In this document: in pieces, positions 51,304 through 60,664 of the stretch
How positions within the stretch are numbered: the first letter of the stretch is position 1
How the letters are laid out: every line of letters begins with the position of its first letter
NCBI GenBank assembly: GCA_963768055.1
Contig: CAVYGN010000001.1
Location: 1,568,001 to 1,632,000 of the forward strand
DNA from: an uncultured Spirochaetota bacterium
GTDB lineage: Bacteria > Spirochaetota > Brevinematia > Brevinematales > JAOACQ01
Direction of reading: 5' to 3'
DNA length: 64,000 bases
Position numbers and translations under genes: made by a program
The notes under the pieces: generated by a model
The model's database searches: none
What the model saw: the letters and a program-made list of their open reading frames with translations, nothing else
Told to the model about the DNA's origin: nothing

Positions 51304-52239
51304 TCATATAAAAAAGAAAAGACCCATTGTCCTGGCGAATCCGCTTTTATAAAAACCGTTTACTAATAATTTCCAGCGTTTAGTAAAAAAATTACAACCG
51401 TTTATATTCGCATAATCGGAAATTATTTTTTGATTTTTTGGGCTCAACCTGTTCTTATTTAATTTATAAAAAACCGCCGCCTGTCTCTGGTCGCTTTGAA
51501 TATTCGCTTTGATTATTTTTTTCTTATTGATAAAAGTATCGATAATATAAGTTGAGTTGAATTTGGAAGATCCGATCGCGTTTTCCCTATGCTGTCTGTA
51601 AAATACCAGGGGATCCGCTATATAACCTATCCTGCCGAAAGCCGCCGCCGTAATAGCCATCCACCAGTCATGTATCCTCGCCTCAGCGGGAAAGGGAACT
51701 GCATATTCCTTTAGCTTCCTGTTGACGATTACCGTACAGCCGGTCACTATGTTCTGTACGAGCAGGCGGTTTAAACTCTTTCCTATGTCAGGATTTAAAC
51801 GCTGGTAATGCCAATAAGACCTGTCGAGTATATTCAGGTCTTCATCGACAACCGTCAAATCCGAATGCGCCAACAAGGGAATATCCTTCCCATACTCGTC
51901 TTCCATTTTTTTTATCTCTTTATAGGACCTTCCGACCTTTTCAGGCAGCCACCTGTCGTCCTGGTCGCAGAGCATAATATAATCGGCGGTGGAGGCGTCG
52001 AGAAGTCTTTCGTAATTTTTTATTATTCCAAGCCTTTCACCGCCGGATGTTATCAAGACGAACCTGCCTGGGTTGTCTTTTAAATAACTTCCCAGTATTT
52101 CAGGGCTGTCATCCGCCGAACAGTCATCCCGGATGATTAATTTCCAGTCGTCAAAGTCCTGTTTAATTATCGAATCCAGCAGTACTTTAAGATATTGTGC
52201 CCCGTTATAAACCGGAAGAAGGATATCGATACTGTGCAT
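51304..52239 (-). CDS. Glycosyltransferase family 2 (rhamnosyltransferase-like)
   Basis: IRDDCSAD, LCDQDDRW, VTGCT, HDWW, YRQH. Confidence 0.85.
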   Translation of the reverse strand: MHSIDILLPVYNGAQYLKVLLDSIIKQDFDDWKLIIRDDCSADDSPEILGSYLKDNPGRFVLITSGGERLGIIKNYERLLDASTADYIMLCDQDDRWLPEKVGRSYKEIKKMEDEYGKDIPLLAHSDLTVVDEDLNILDRSYWHYQRLNPDIGKSLNRLLVQNIVTGCTVIVNRKLKEYAVPFPAEARIHDWWMAITAAAFGRIGYIADPLVFYRQHRENAIGSSKFNSTYIIDTFINKKKIIKANIQSDQRQAAVFYKLNKNRLSPKNQKIISDYANINGCNFFTKRWKLLVNGFYKSGFARTMGLFFFI

Positions 52240-52360
52240 TGTTATTTCTCCAGCAGTATTATTTTAACCTGCAATTGCCGTTTGGGCAAGTATAGCCGGT
52301 AGTCTAGTTCGCCCCTCTATATTTTGAAAATAATCTGTTTTTGATTCATAATCTCCAGGT

Positions 52361-53638
52361 ATGATTTCAAGCGAAAAATCACGGTTAATTGAAATATCAG
52401 CGTTTTTACTTTTATTCATATTATTGTTCATCATATTCTCAAGGGGGCTCTTCGAATTCCTGACAGGTTCGAAGCAGGCCGCTTTCCTTGTTCAATTTAT
52501 TTCCACACTGGCCGTATTGATCTTCTCCGCTGTAATTTCAGGCTTTTCTATTAAAAATATAAAAGGCGCTTTCTTCTATTTCTTTATATCGTTTACTGCG
52601 GTTGTGGTAGTCAGCAGCATTATTACGCTGGTCAGGTTCGGGTTCGTTTATGAAATAGCTTTTTATTCGGCGGTCATGCTTTACCTTTTTTTTATTTTCT
52701 CTTTTTTCAGCATGGTATCAAGCCGGGAAATTATATGGATCGACAGGATAGCTTACAGCGTTCTTATTACAGGCATTATCCTCCTGGCGTTCGCACTATT
52801 TGAAACATCGATAGAACTGACAAAATTTCCCGGCGAGGCGATGTCGCTGGGCCTGCATGGCAATCTTTACAGGCCGGCTTCTTTTACCGGCAGTTATCTC
52901 CATTTTCCGATAATAATGCCCCTTTTCGGCGCGATCGTTCTTCGTTTCATCCGGCAAAAACGTCTGAAAATTTTCGGCCTGATATTCCTTATCGTTCCTT
53001 TTTTATATTTTTCCCGCTCCGGTATGGTGATCAGCGTATTTGCGCTTATCGGGTTCTTATCCGCAACTTTATTTAAAACGATCCGGAATAAAGCAAATTT
53101 GAAAATTATAATACCCTCTCTCTCGGCCATTCTCATTGCCGCAATTATAATATTATTTATACACCCTTTAAGGTCGTATATCGTTTCCATGATCGACCGT
53201 GTTCTCATTATTAACGACAAGGGCAACCTGACAAGATACTCCATATGGTCTTCTGCATTCCTGGCCTTTTCAAAAACCCATTATTTTTTCGGGGAATATA
53301 CCGGTTTTTCCAGCAATATCATCAATAATTTTTTCAATAACGGATCGATGCGCATTCCTTCGTCTGTAGGCGGCCTTGTCCTGGAATCCGGGTTTCTCGA
53401 ACTGCTTGTCAGCTACGGCCTTCTCGGAACTATAATATACTATGGCGGAATGATCCTCGCGATAGCGTCGAATATAAAAAGGGGGGAGATGCTTTTATCT
53501 TTAACAATGGCGGGAGCTGTCATCCAGACCCTGTTTTACCAGTCCGTAGAAATATTGCCTTTTATATTCTGCTTTTCAATTATCCAGTTTATGGCTAATT
53601 CTTCAGCTAAAATTCAAGTCGAGAGGAAAAATGCTTGA
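52361..53638 (+). CDS. Wzy/WaaL-like polytopic membrane protein, paralog 1
   Basis: Many TM helices; RPASFTGS, FSRSG, RYSIW, LESGFLELL. Confidence 0.6.
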   Translation: MISSEKSRLIEISAFLLLFILLFIIFSRGLFEFLTGSKQAAFLVQFISTLAVLIFSAVISGFSIKNIKGAFFYFFISFTAVVVVSSIITLVRFGFVYEIAFYSAVMLYLFFIFSFFSMVSSREIIWIDRIAYSVLITGIILLAFALFETSIELTKFPGEAMSLGLHGNLYRPASFTGSYLHFPIIMPLFGAIVLRFIRQKRLKIFGLIFLIVPFLYFSRSGMVISVFALIGFLSATLFKTIRNKANLKIIIPSLSAILIAAIIILFIHPLRSYIVSMIDRVLIINDKGNLTRYSIWSSAFLAFSKTHYFFGEYTGFSSNIINNFFNNGSMRIPSSVGGLVLESGFLELLVSYGLLGTIIYYGGMILAIASNIKRGEMLLSLTMAGAVIQTLFYQSVEILPFIFCFSIIQFMANSSAKIQVERKNA

Positions 53639-54990
53639 CTAATAATAAAACACAAATTTTTTTAAATTCTTTTCTTTTCCTTTTTTTGTTCGCCATCTTT
53701 TCAAGAGGGTTGATCGAATTCCTGACAGGATCGAAACAAACTGCTTTTATAATTCAATTTGCGGCGCTCCTTGGGGTTCTCATCTTCCTTGTAGTAATTT
53801 CGCATATCGAGATAATTGGCTTCAACAGGCTGTATTTAATTATTTTCATCGGTTTTACCCTGGTTGCGGTTATAAGTGGTATTATAACGGATCTTCGCTT
53901 TCATTATTTCAGGGAAATATTTCTATTTTCAGGGGTAATAATTTTCCTTTATTTCATTTTCCTGTTTTTAAATGTAATTTCAACCGGTGAGGAATGGCCC
54001 GGACGGATAGCTTGCTGCCTTTTCATAGCCGGGATCATACTCGCCTCTTTCGCCTGCGCAGAATGGCTTGTCAAGTTCATCTATTTCAGGGACACCCAAT
54101 TCGCGGACTGGCTTACAACTTCGACATTTTTCAGCCATGGAAAGACTCTTTCCCTGCCGGCATATTATTACATGTCGATACCGGGTAAAGGCACGGTGCA
54201 TGTAGGCCATCTATGGCTTGCCCGTCCAGCCTCTTTAATTGGCAGCTACCTCCACTTCCCTATCATATTGCCGCTTATCGGCGTAATAACCTACCGGTTT
54301 ATAGCTAAAAGATATGCCCGTATAATATCACTTATTTTTATAATCGTACCTTTTCTATTATTTTCCCGTTCCGGAATAATAATAAGTTCCTTTGCCCTTC
54401 TAGGCCTTATAATCAGCCGGGTTAATAAAATGCATATTAATTTCAGCAGGCTGGTTAAAATTTCAATTATATCCCTGGCGGCGATCGCGATTTTTTCTGC
54501 CCTCTTTATGCTGATCAATCCTGTGAGAACATATGTTATATCATTGATCGCCCGAATATTCAATTTCAGCGATATCGGAAATACGGTCAGGTATTCCATT
54601 TGGTCGACAGCTTTAAGGGTTTTGTCAAAAACAAACCTGGTTTTTGGGGAATTCACTGGTTTTTCAAGCAATATAATCAAAAATTTTTTTAACAACGGGG
54701 CGATGGCCGTTGAATCTCCTCTCGCAACGACCACCCTCGAATCGGGGCTTCTTGAAATCCTAACAAGTTTCGGACTGCTGGGCGCTCTTCTCTATTATGC
54801 CGGTTTAATGCTGCCCGTATATGAAAATTTTAAAAAGAGTGAAATCTTTATAGTTTTTACTATGATCGGGGTCATTATCGAGACGCTTTTTTATCAATCC
54901 GTCGAGATATTGCCTTTCGTTTTCATTCTGTCGTTAATGCTTTTCCTGGTCAAGTCCGCGATCCCTTCGAAGATTCAAAAAAACTTATAA
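53635..54990 (+). CDS. Wzy/WaaL-like polytopic membrane protein, paralog 2
   Basis: Shares the motifs of paralog 1 (RPAS..GSYLHFPII, FSRSG, RYSIWS, TLFYQSVEILPF). Confidence 0.6.
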   Translation: MTNNKTQIFLNSFLFLFLFAIFSRGLIEFLTGSKQTAFIIQFAALLGVLIFLVVISHIEIIGFNRLYLIIFIGFTLVAVISGIITDLRFHYFREIFLFSGVIIFLYFIFLFLNVISTGEEWPGRIACCLFIAGIILASFACAEWLVKFIYFRDTQFADWLTTSTFFSHGKTLSLPAYYYMSIPGKGTVHVGHLWLARPASLIGSYLHFPIILPLIGVITYRFIAKRYARIISLIFIIVPFLLFSRSGIIISSFALLGLIISRVNKMHINFSRLVKISIISLAAIAIFSALFMLINPVRTYVISLIARIFNFSDIGNTVRYSIWSTALRVLSKTNLVFGEFTGFSSNIIKNFFNNGAMAVESPLATTTLESGLLEILTSFGLLGALLYYAGLMLPVYENFKKSEIFIVFTMIGVIIETLFYQSVEILPFVFILSLMLFLVKSAIPSKIQKNL

Positions 54991-56041
54991 TGGCCTTAAT
55001 GAAATCGTCCTTTCCGTCCGCAACGATAAGCCTTCCCATGTCGGGAATTCCTTCGGCCCCCACGCTTGTAGTTATTACAGGAAGGCCCGCTTCCAGGCAT
55101 TCGAGGACCTTTACCTTTATGCCGGCGCCCAGGCGCAGGGGCACTACGGCCGCTTCGGCTTTCTCGAAATACTCGAGCGGATTTTCGACAAAACCCGTTA
55201 CTTCGATGTTTTTCGAGCCTAGCTTTTTTATATTTTCAGGCGGGTTAGCCCCGGCTATATATAATTTCGAATCGGGAAATTTATCGAGGATAGCCGGGAA
55301 TATTTCTTCCGTAAACCATAAAACCGCGTCCCTGTTTTCAGGCCTGTTCATAGCTCCCCAATACAAAAGGCTGTGCTTCTCGATCCTGTCCCTGTTTGTT
55401 TTTTTAAAGATCGAGTCGACATAGGGTTGTATCAATTCTATTTTATTTTCCGGTATACCGTCGTCCAGGAGTATTGCCTTGTCCTTGTCATTGTGAAGAA
55501 TTATTTCATCCATTTTCCCTATAACGCCGAGTTCCCATTTTTTTTGCCTTCCGTATTCCAGGGAATACAGGATCCTTAAAAGCCCTTTTTTCAGGAGTTT
55601 GCGCCTTTCGTAGGACTGGTATGTCAGGTCATGCTCGCTGTAAACGGTTCTAACCTTGCCGGTAATGTATTGCCTGTAATACCCGGACGCTGTAAACTCG
55701 AAATGGACTGTCCTGAAGTTAATTCTCTCCTGTAATTCCCTTATTTTACCGGCTGCCCTGATATTTGCTCTTGAAGCGGTCCTTAAAGGCAGAGAGGGGT
55801 GAAGGATTATACCCCTGATCCTCGAGAACAGGCTAACAGGAAACAGGAAAAATTCCCTGCAGAATGCATAATCGTCCCTGCAGAAATATTTTTTTTCAAG
55901 ATCGTTCATGAAAAATACCGCGGTAATATTATAATCCATGCTCAAGCCGCTCAGTATCGAATAAGCTGTTTTGTGTCCCGCCTGGGGCACCCGGAGCGAC
56001 GGCAGGTGGGTCGAAATATAGAGAAGATCGGGTTTTATCAA
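54950..56041 (-). CDS. Glycosyltransferase family 4
   Basis: WGAMNRPEN, TGFV, VPLRLGAGIKVKVLE; probable TTG start overlapping the upstream TGA. Confidence 0.85.
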   Translation of the reverse strand: MIKPDLLYISTHLPSLRVPQAGHKTAYSILSGLSMDYNITAVFFMNDLEKKYFCRDDYAFCREFFLFPVSLFSRIRGIILHPSLPLRTASRANIRAAGKIRELQERINFRTVHFEFTASGYYRQYITGKVRTVYSEHDLTYQSYERRKLLKKGLLRILYSLEYGRQKKWELGVIGKMDEIILHNDKDKAILLDDGIPENKIELIQPYVDSIFKKTNRDRIEKHSLLYWGAMNRPENRDAVLWFTEEIFPAILDKFPDSKLYIAGANPPENIKKLGSKNIEVTGFVENPLEYFEKAEAAVVPLRLGAGIKVKVLECLEAGLPVITTSVGAEGIPDMGRLIVADGKDDFIKAIISFFESSKGSRT

Positions 56042-57090
56042 GATTCCCCCTTCCCGGCCGCGACCGAGCTGATCAGATCCAGCCATTCCTCTCTGAATTT
56101 CTTATATGAATAATATTTTTCAGCGTATTGCCTGGATTTTACTGAAAATTCATCGTATCCATGCATGATCAGCTCTATGCGTTTAATATATTCCTCCGGC
56201 GCGCTTTCATCCCATCCATGCACGACAAATTCCGGTATAAACACTTTCAAATGCGCTCCTATTCCGACATCGCTCATAACTACAGGTGTACCGCATGCCA
56301 TCGCCTCGAGGGGCACGAGCCCGAAGGATTCGAACCTGCTGGGGAATAATACAAGGCTGTACCGGTTGTATAATTTTATTAATTCATCGGTCTTTACAGT
56401 CCCGAGATAACCCAGTTTTTCATCACCTTTTTTATTTGTAACACAATCTATCGATACGCCTAAACCCGCCAGTTTTTCAAGAATATCGAACCCTTTCCCG
56501 TAATAATCGTAACGCCCGACAAACAGGCACCGCCCGTTTTTAACAACCCCGGGGTCTTTTTTGAATTTATCGGTATTTACGCAGTTATAGATCACCCTGT
56601 CTACATGAATACCGCCCTTTTCCAGGAAAGTTTTTACAAAATCCGAAACACAGACCACGAATTTTCCCCTTGAGCTGTAATACTCAAGGAGGGTGCCGCG
56701 GATAAACGCCAGCCTCTTTTTAATACTTTTATCCATGCCTGGATAGTTTTCCCTGTAGCCGTATGAGGAGAAATGAAAAAGGTCAATAGCGGCAGGGTGG
56801 CGGACGCCGAACCCGTACATACCCGAAGCGATTACAAGGTCGTATTTTTTCGATCTCGCCGCCTCCCTGAAAACCCTCATCGTAGCATAAGGTTCTCCTA
56901 TAACCAGGCGCAGAAAGGGGTTTATCCGGAGCTTGAGGCCGGCTGCGTCATCAATGCCCCAGATATCGACATGATGCCCTTCTCCCTTTAAAATTGAAGA
57001 AAGCATATTCTGTATCGTTTCCGCCCCGCCGGTTATGCCGGCACCTTCATCGGGAAATCTGTTATAGCGTGTGATAATTGCGATATTCAT
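56038..57090 (-). CDS. Glycosyltransferase family 4
   Basis: GGAE, FVGR...KG, PSRFESFGLVPLEAMACGTPV. Confidence 0.88.
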   Translation of the reverse strand: MNIAIITRYNRFPDEGAGITGGAETIQNMLSSILKGEGHHVDIWGIDDAAGLKLRINPFLRLVIGEPYATMRVFREAARSKKYDLVIASGMYGFGVRHPAAIDLFHFSSYGYRENYPGMDKSIKKRLAFIRGTLLEYYSSRGKFVVCVSDFVKTFLEKGGIHVDRVIYNCVNTDKFKKDPGVVKNGRCLFVGRYDYYGKGFDILEKLAGLGVSIDCVTNKKGDEKLGYLGTVKTDELIKLYNRYSLVLFPSRFESFGLVPLEAMACGTPVVMSDVGIGAHLKVFIPEFVVHGWDESAPEEYIKRIELIMHGYDEFSVKSRQYAEKYYSYKKFREEWLDLISSVAAGKGES

Positions 57091-58097
57091 AAACGCGCCT
57101 TCATGCGCTTATTACGGATAATTTTTTTAACGGAAAAAGCTAAAAATGAAAGGTTTTGATATAAACCCCTTTTTGTAAAGGGGAAAAACCTGTATTCTTT
57201 TAAAGACGCTTTTTTGTTTTTAAGGAAAACGGGCCTGTTGTTTTTTATAAAAGAATTGTAGGCGGCTGTAAGATAACCGTCCGCCTTATTTTTCCGGTAA
57301 TCGGTATTATCGATATATCCGCTAAGGCCCGGGCTGCTTTTTAAAAAATCATCCATAACTTTAAAAAAAGCAGGTAAATCTTCGCTTCTTTCCCAATATG
57401 AAGAACCCTGTCCGGCCGTTCTTCTATAGTTTAATAAAGGCTCGTCGATAATCGCCATTGAATAACCCTTGTTCATAATCTTAAGCCATAATTCAAGGTC
57501 TTCATTGGATGGATAATTGTTGGTAAAACCTCCCGACTGTTCAAAAATATTTTTACGGGTCATAAAACTCGGGCAGGCGAAAAAATTTCCCGTTTTAATC
57601 AAAAAAGGGAGGTAATCGTTTAAATATCCCTGAAAACAGCCTAATTCACGGTTCAGCAAACCCGATCTTTCAAGGCCGCGGTAAATGGACGGACAACGAA
57701 AAGACGCCGGGTATTCCCCGTAAAATTCCCTGAACCTGGTAAAAACACCCCCTGAGTCCGGAATTCTGTCAAGAATAAATTTCTCCCTTTCAACAATACC
57801 GGGTTCGTAGATATCATCGGCGTGATAGACCGCTATAAAACCTGAACCTGCATGCCGGACGGCTTCGCTGATATTCCTTACATATCCTATATTATCCGTG
57901 TTTTTAAAATACCTGATCCTTTTGTCTTTCCTTTCAAATTCGGAGATTATCCCCGCCGTGCCGTCGGTCGAGTCGTTATCGCTGATAATAATTTCAATAT
58001 TCCCGTAGGTTTGCTCCAGGAGGCTTGACAGCGTCTTTCCTATATATCTCCCGGCATTGTATGCCGGTATGCAGACCGAGACCAGATCTTCTTTCAT
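57087..58097 (-). CDS. Glycosyltransferase family 2
   Basis: VSVCIPAYN, SDNDSTDGT, HADD, EDLELW. Confidence 0.88.
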   Translation of the reverse strand: MKEDLVSVCIPAYNAGRYIGKTLSSLLEQTYGNIEIIISDNDSTDGTAGIISEFERKDKRIRYFKNTDNIGYVRNISEAVRHAGSGFIAVYHADDIYEPGIVEREKFILDRIPDSGGVFTRFREFYGEYPASFRCPSIYRGLERSGLLNRELGCFQGYLNDYLPFLIKTGNFFACPSFMTRKNIFEQSGGFTNNYPSNEDLELWLKIMNKGYSMAIIDEPLLNYRRTAGQGSSYWERSEDLPAFFKVMDDFLKSSPGLSGYIDNTDYRKNKADGYLTAAYNSFIKNNRPVFLKNKKASLKEYRFFPFTKRGLYQNLSFLAFSVKKIIRNKRMKARL

Positions 58098-59653
58098 TAT
58101 AAAAATTTACTCCGTATAGCTTTGAATTGGGCGAATATGTATTCCTTCAGCTCCCGGGGGATAAACAGGTAGCTTAAGAATATATAAGCCGACAGGATTA
58201 CTAATCCGCCGCCCAGGCGGAGCAATACTAAATTTACCTGAAGCTGAAGGGCCAATCCCAGCGCTATGAGCGGTATGATAACAAGAAACAAATGCCTGGC
58301 GATCGCTCCTACGTCATATTTTAACATGGATCCGCTGCTTTTAGCCAGTATAAGGGGGGACAGCCATGTCTGGGCGCAGAGGGACCCGAGAATGCCCCCC
58401 ATGGCCACACCGGCAAGCCCGAACCACTTTGACAGCAAAATAGCTGCTCCTATATGTATCAGTGCGTCCATCCATCCCATAAGATAAAAATATTTCGTAT
58501 AATTGAACGATATGATAAGGAAATTATTAAGGTTGACCATCGTTGAAAGATAGCAGAAAAAGCCGAAGATGAAAACTATCGGTAATCCTGCGTATCCGTC
58601 TTTCCCGACCCACCAGAGAACAAAATCCTTGACGAACAGGACCCCTCCGAGCCACATCATTCCCCCTATCAGCATCGCGAAAAATTGAAAATTCCTGTAT
58701 GTTTTATTCAGCCAGGCCCAGTTATGATTACCGAACTCCTTGCCCAGTATCGGGGCGAGCGAACCGTAGAACATCGTACCAATGTTTATCATGATGCTGA
58801 AAAGCTTGAAGGTTATCGAATATGGGGTCACTTTGCCGACCGACATCAGATTCGAAATGATGAAATTATCGACGCTGTTAATAACCAGCGAAGCGAAACC
58901 GAAAACAGTCAGTCGTATCCCGGTAGTGATTATACTTCTATACCTCAAATCCTCCGGGGAAAGCGAGGCAGGCTGAATATCCATGGCCTTCGTTTCAGTC
59001 TCCCTTCCCTTCCTGTAGACAAAGATATAAAAATAGAGCAGTTTCACAATATTTAAAAAGAGTGTAATCAATCCTATGCATAACGCGAAAGTCACCAGGG
59101 TCCCACGGAAATATATGACAAGACACATAGCGATGAGATTTATAAAACTCCCGAAGATCCTGAACAGGTTGTCGATGTAAAGCTTCTGGAATCCTGAAAA
59201 AGCGGACGATACCAGCGCAAAAGGCCAGTTAATAAAATAGAATGCCGCGAACACAAGGACCGATACATATGTTTCCTGAATCATTTCCGGCGGGATTTTT
59301 CCGAGCAGGTTTATCCATCCTTTATAATACAGATTGACAAGGAAAAAAATCAGGGAACTTACCATAATTGCTATTAAAAGCATAAAAGCAGAGCGCTTCA
59401 AAATTTTAATCTTATGCTTAAATTCCGGATTTTTAGCCATAAGTATCGAAGCCGAAGTCTCAATACCGAGGCTCGAAATGCCCAGATAAAAAACCACCGA
59501 TGTTATAAGCGCCCAGATACCATATTTTTCAACCTTCCAGTATGAAAGGCTTAACGGGGGCAGTATAAACCCCGCAATGATTGCAGAGAATGTTGCACCG
59601 TAGTTCGAAATAAGATTGAATAAATAATTTGTTTTATTGCCTTTCATTTTCAA
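58097..59653 (-). CDS. wzx: Oligosaccharide flippase (Wzx/MATE-like)
   Basis: About 14 TM helices; YGIWALITS, DNFIISNL...V.PYSI, FGLAGVA. Confidence 0.78.
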   Translation of the reverse strand: MKMKGNKTNYLFNLISNYGATFSAIIAGFILPPLSLSYWKVEKYGIWALITSVVFYLGISSLGIETSASILMAKNPEFKHKIKILKRSAFMLLIAIMVSSLIFFLVNLYYKGWINLLGKIPPEMIQETYVSVLVFAAFYFINWPFALVSSAFSGFQKLYIDNLFRIFGSFINLIAMCLVIYFRGTLVTFALCIGLITLFLNIVKLLYFYIFVYRKGRETETKAMDIQPASLSPEDLRYRSIITTGIRLTVFGFASLVINSVDNFIISNLMSVGKVTPYSITFKLFSIMINIGTMFYGSLAPILGKEFGNHNWAWLNKTYRNFQFFAMLIGGMMWLGGVLFVKDFVLWWVGKDGYAGLPIVFIFGFFCYLSTMVNLNNFLIISFNYTKYFYLMGWMDALIHIGAAILLSKWFGLAGVAMGGILGSLCAQTWLSPLILAKSSGSMLKYDVGAIARHLFLVIIPLIALGLALQLQVNLVLLRLGGGLVILSAYIFLSYLFIPRELKEYIFAQFKAIRSKFL

Positions 59654-60656
59654 TGCCTAAATTTTTTATAATAAGCTCGATAAAAGCTTCGGCTGAAAAG
59701 GGCCTGATTTTATCACTGTTTACGAAGTCCCTTATGCTTGAAAGGTACCCCTCATATTCGGAGGGCAGCATTCCTTTCATATAACTATAAAGTTCTTCAT
59801 AGGTCTTGAAATTCCTTTTATCTATAAATGTGCCGGGAGGGATAAAATCTAAAACATTTGGGGCTCCTAAATAAACCGGAACGCACTGTGCGAAGAAGCA
59901 GTCGAATATCTTTTCAGTGATATAGCCGGGGATGTCCCTTGCGTTTTCATAGCATATCGAAAAATAATATTTCTCCAGCACATTTTTTTTATTCGGTATT
60001 CTTCCCCTGTAGCTGCTGTAACCCCTGTAAAAGATCCTCCTGAGCGTCTCGAAACGGTTGAGCCTCCCTAACGGCCTCGTGAATGTCCTCCTGTCCCAGC
60101 CTATGCCGTAAAGGTCGAATTCCTCAGGATGGTTCGATTCGTACCACCGAATTGCCTTATCACGTTCGGAATAGAGTTCGCGCGGATCGCTGTTCTTTTT
60201 ATTGCCGGCGATCATCGTGCAGAATTTTTCTTTCCGGCCATCAGGGGGTAACAGCTTCTCAGGCACCCTGACGGAGAGCCGGAATTTAAAATATTTAACA
60301 TTGTCGACCCAGTCATCCCTGTATGTAAAAACCTTTTTAAAATAACGGTGGTTATTCCTGTCGGCGTTCGCCGGGTATACGATTTCCACCTCGGTTAAAA
60401 AGAGGTAAAGGTCTTTCATGCCGCTCAATTTGGCGAGGTCTATCCGGGGGGAGCCGGGATAATCGATAAATATGATGCTGTCGAAATCTTCGGGAGGAAA
60501 CATATCAATCGTATCGATCTCAATTCCCCTGTCATTAAGCGACTGCTTCAGAAGGATCAGAGGATAACCTATTTCATCCCCGATAGAGTAAGCCGCCGGG
60601 TCGAATATCCTGTTTTCCGCGAAATTCTCATAATTGTTCCATATACCTATATGCAT
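59634..60656 (-). CDS. Glycosyltransferase family 10 (alpha-1,3-fucosyltransferase-like)
   Basis: YYFSICYEN...GYITEKIFD...CVPVYLG motif. Confidence 0.82.
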   Translation of the reverse strand: MHIGIWNNYENFAENRIFDPAAYSIGDEIGYPLILLKQSLNDRGIEIDTIDMFPPEDFDSIIFIDYPGSPRIDLAKLSGMKDLYLFLTEVEIVYPANADRNNHRYFKKVFTYRDDWVDNVKYFKFRLSVRVPEKLLPPDGRKEKFCTMIAGNKKNSDPRELYSERDKAIRWYESNHPEEFDLYGIGWDRRTFTRPLGRLNRFETLRRIFYRGYSSYRGRIPNKKNVLEKYYFSICYENARDIPGYITEKIFDCFFAQCVPVYLGAPNVLDFIPPGTFIDKRNFKTYEELYSYMKGMLPSEYEGYLSSIRDFVNSDKIRPFSAEAFIELIIKNLGIENERQ

Positions 60657-60664
60657 CTAAACCC

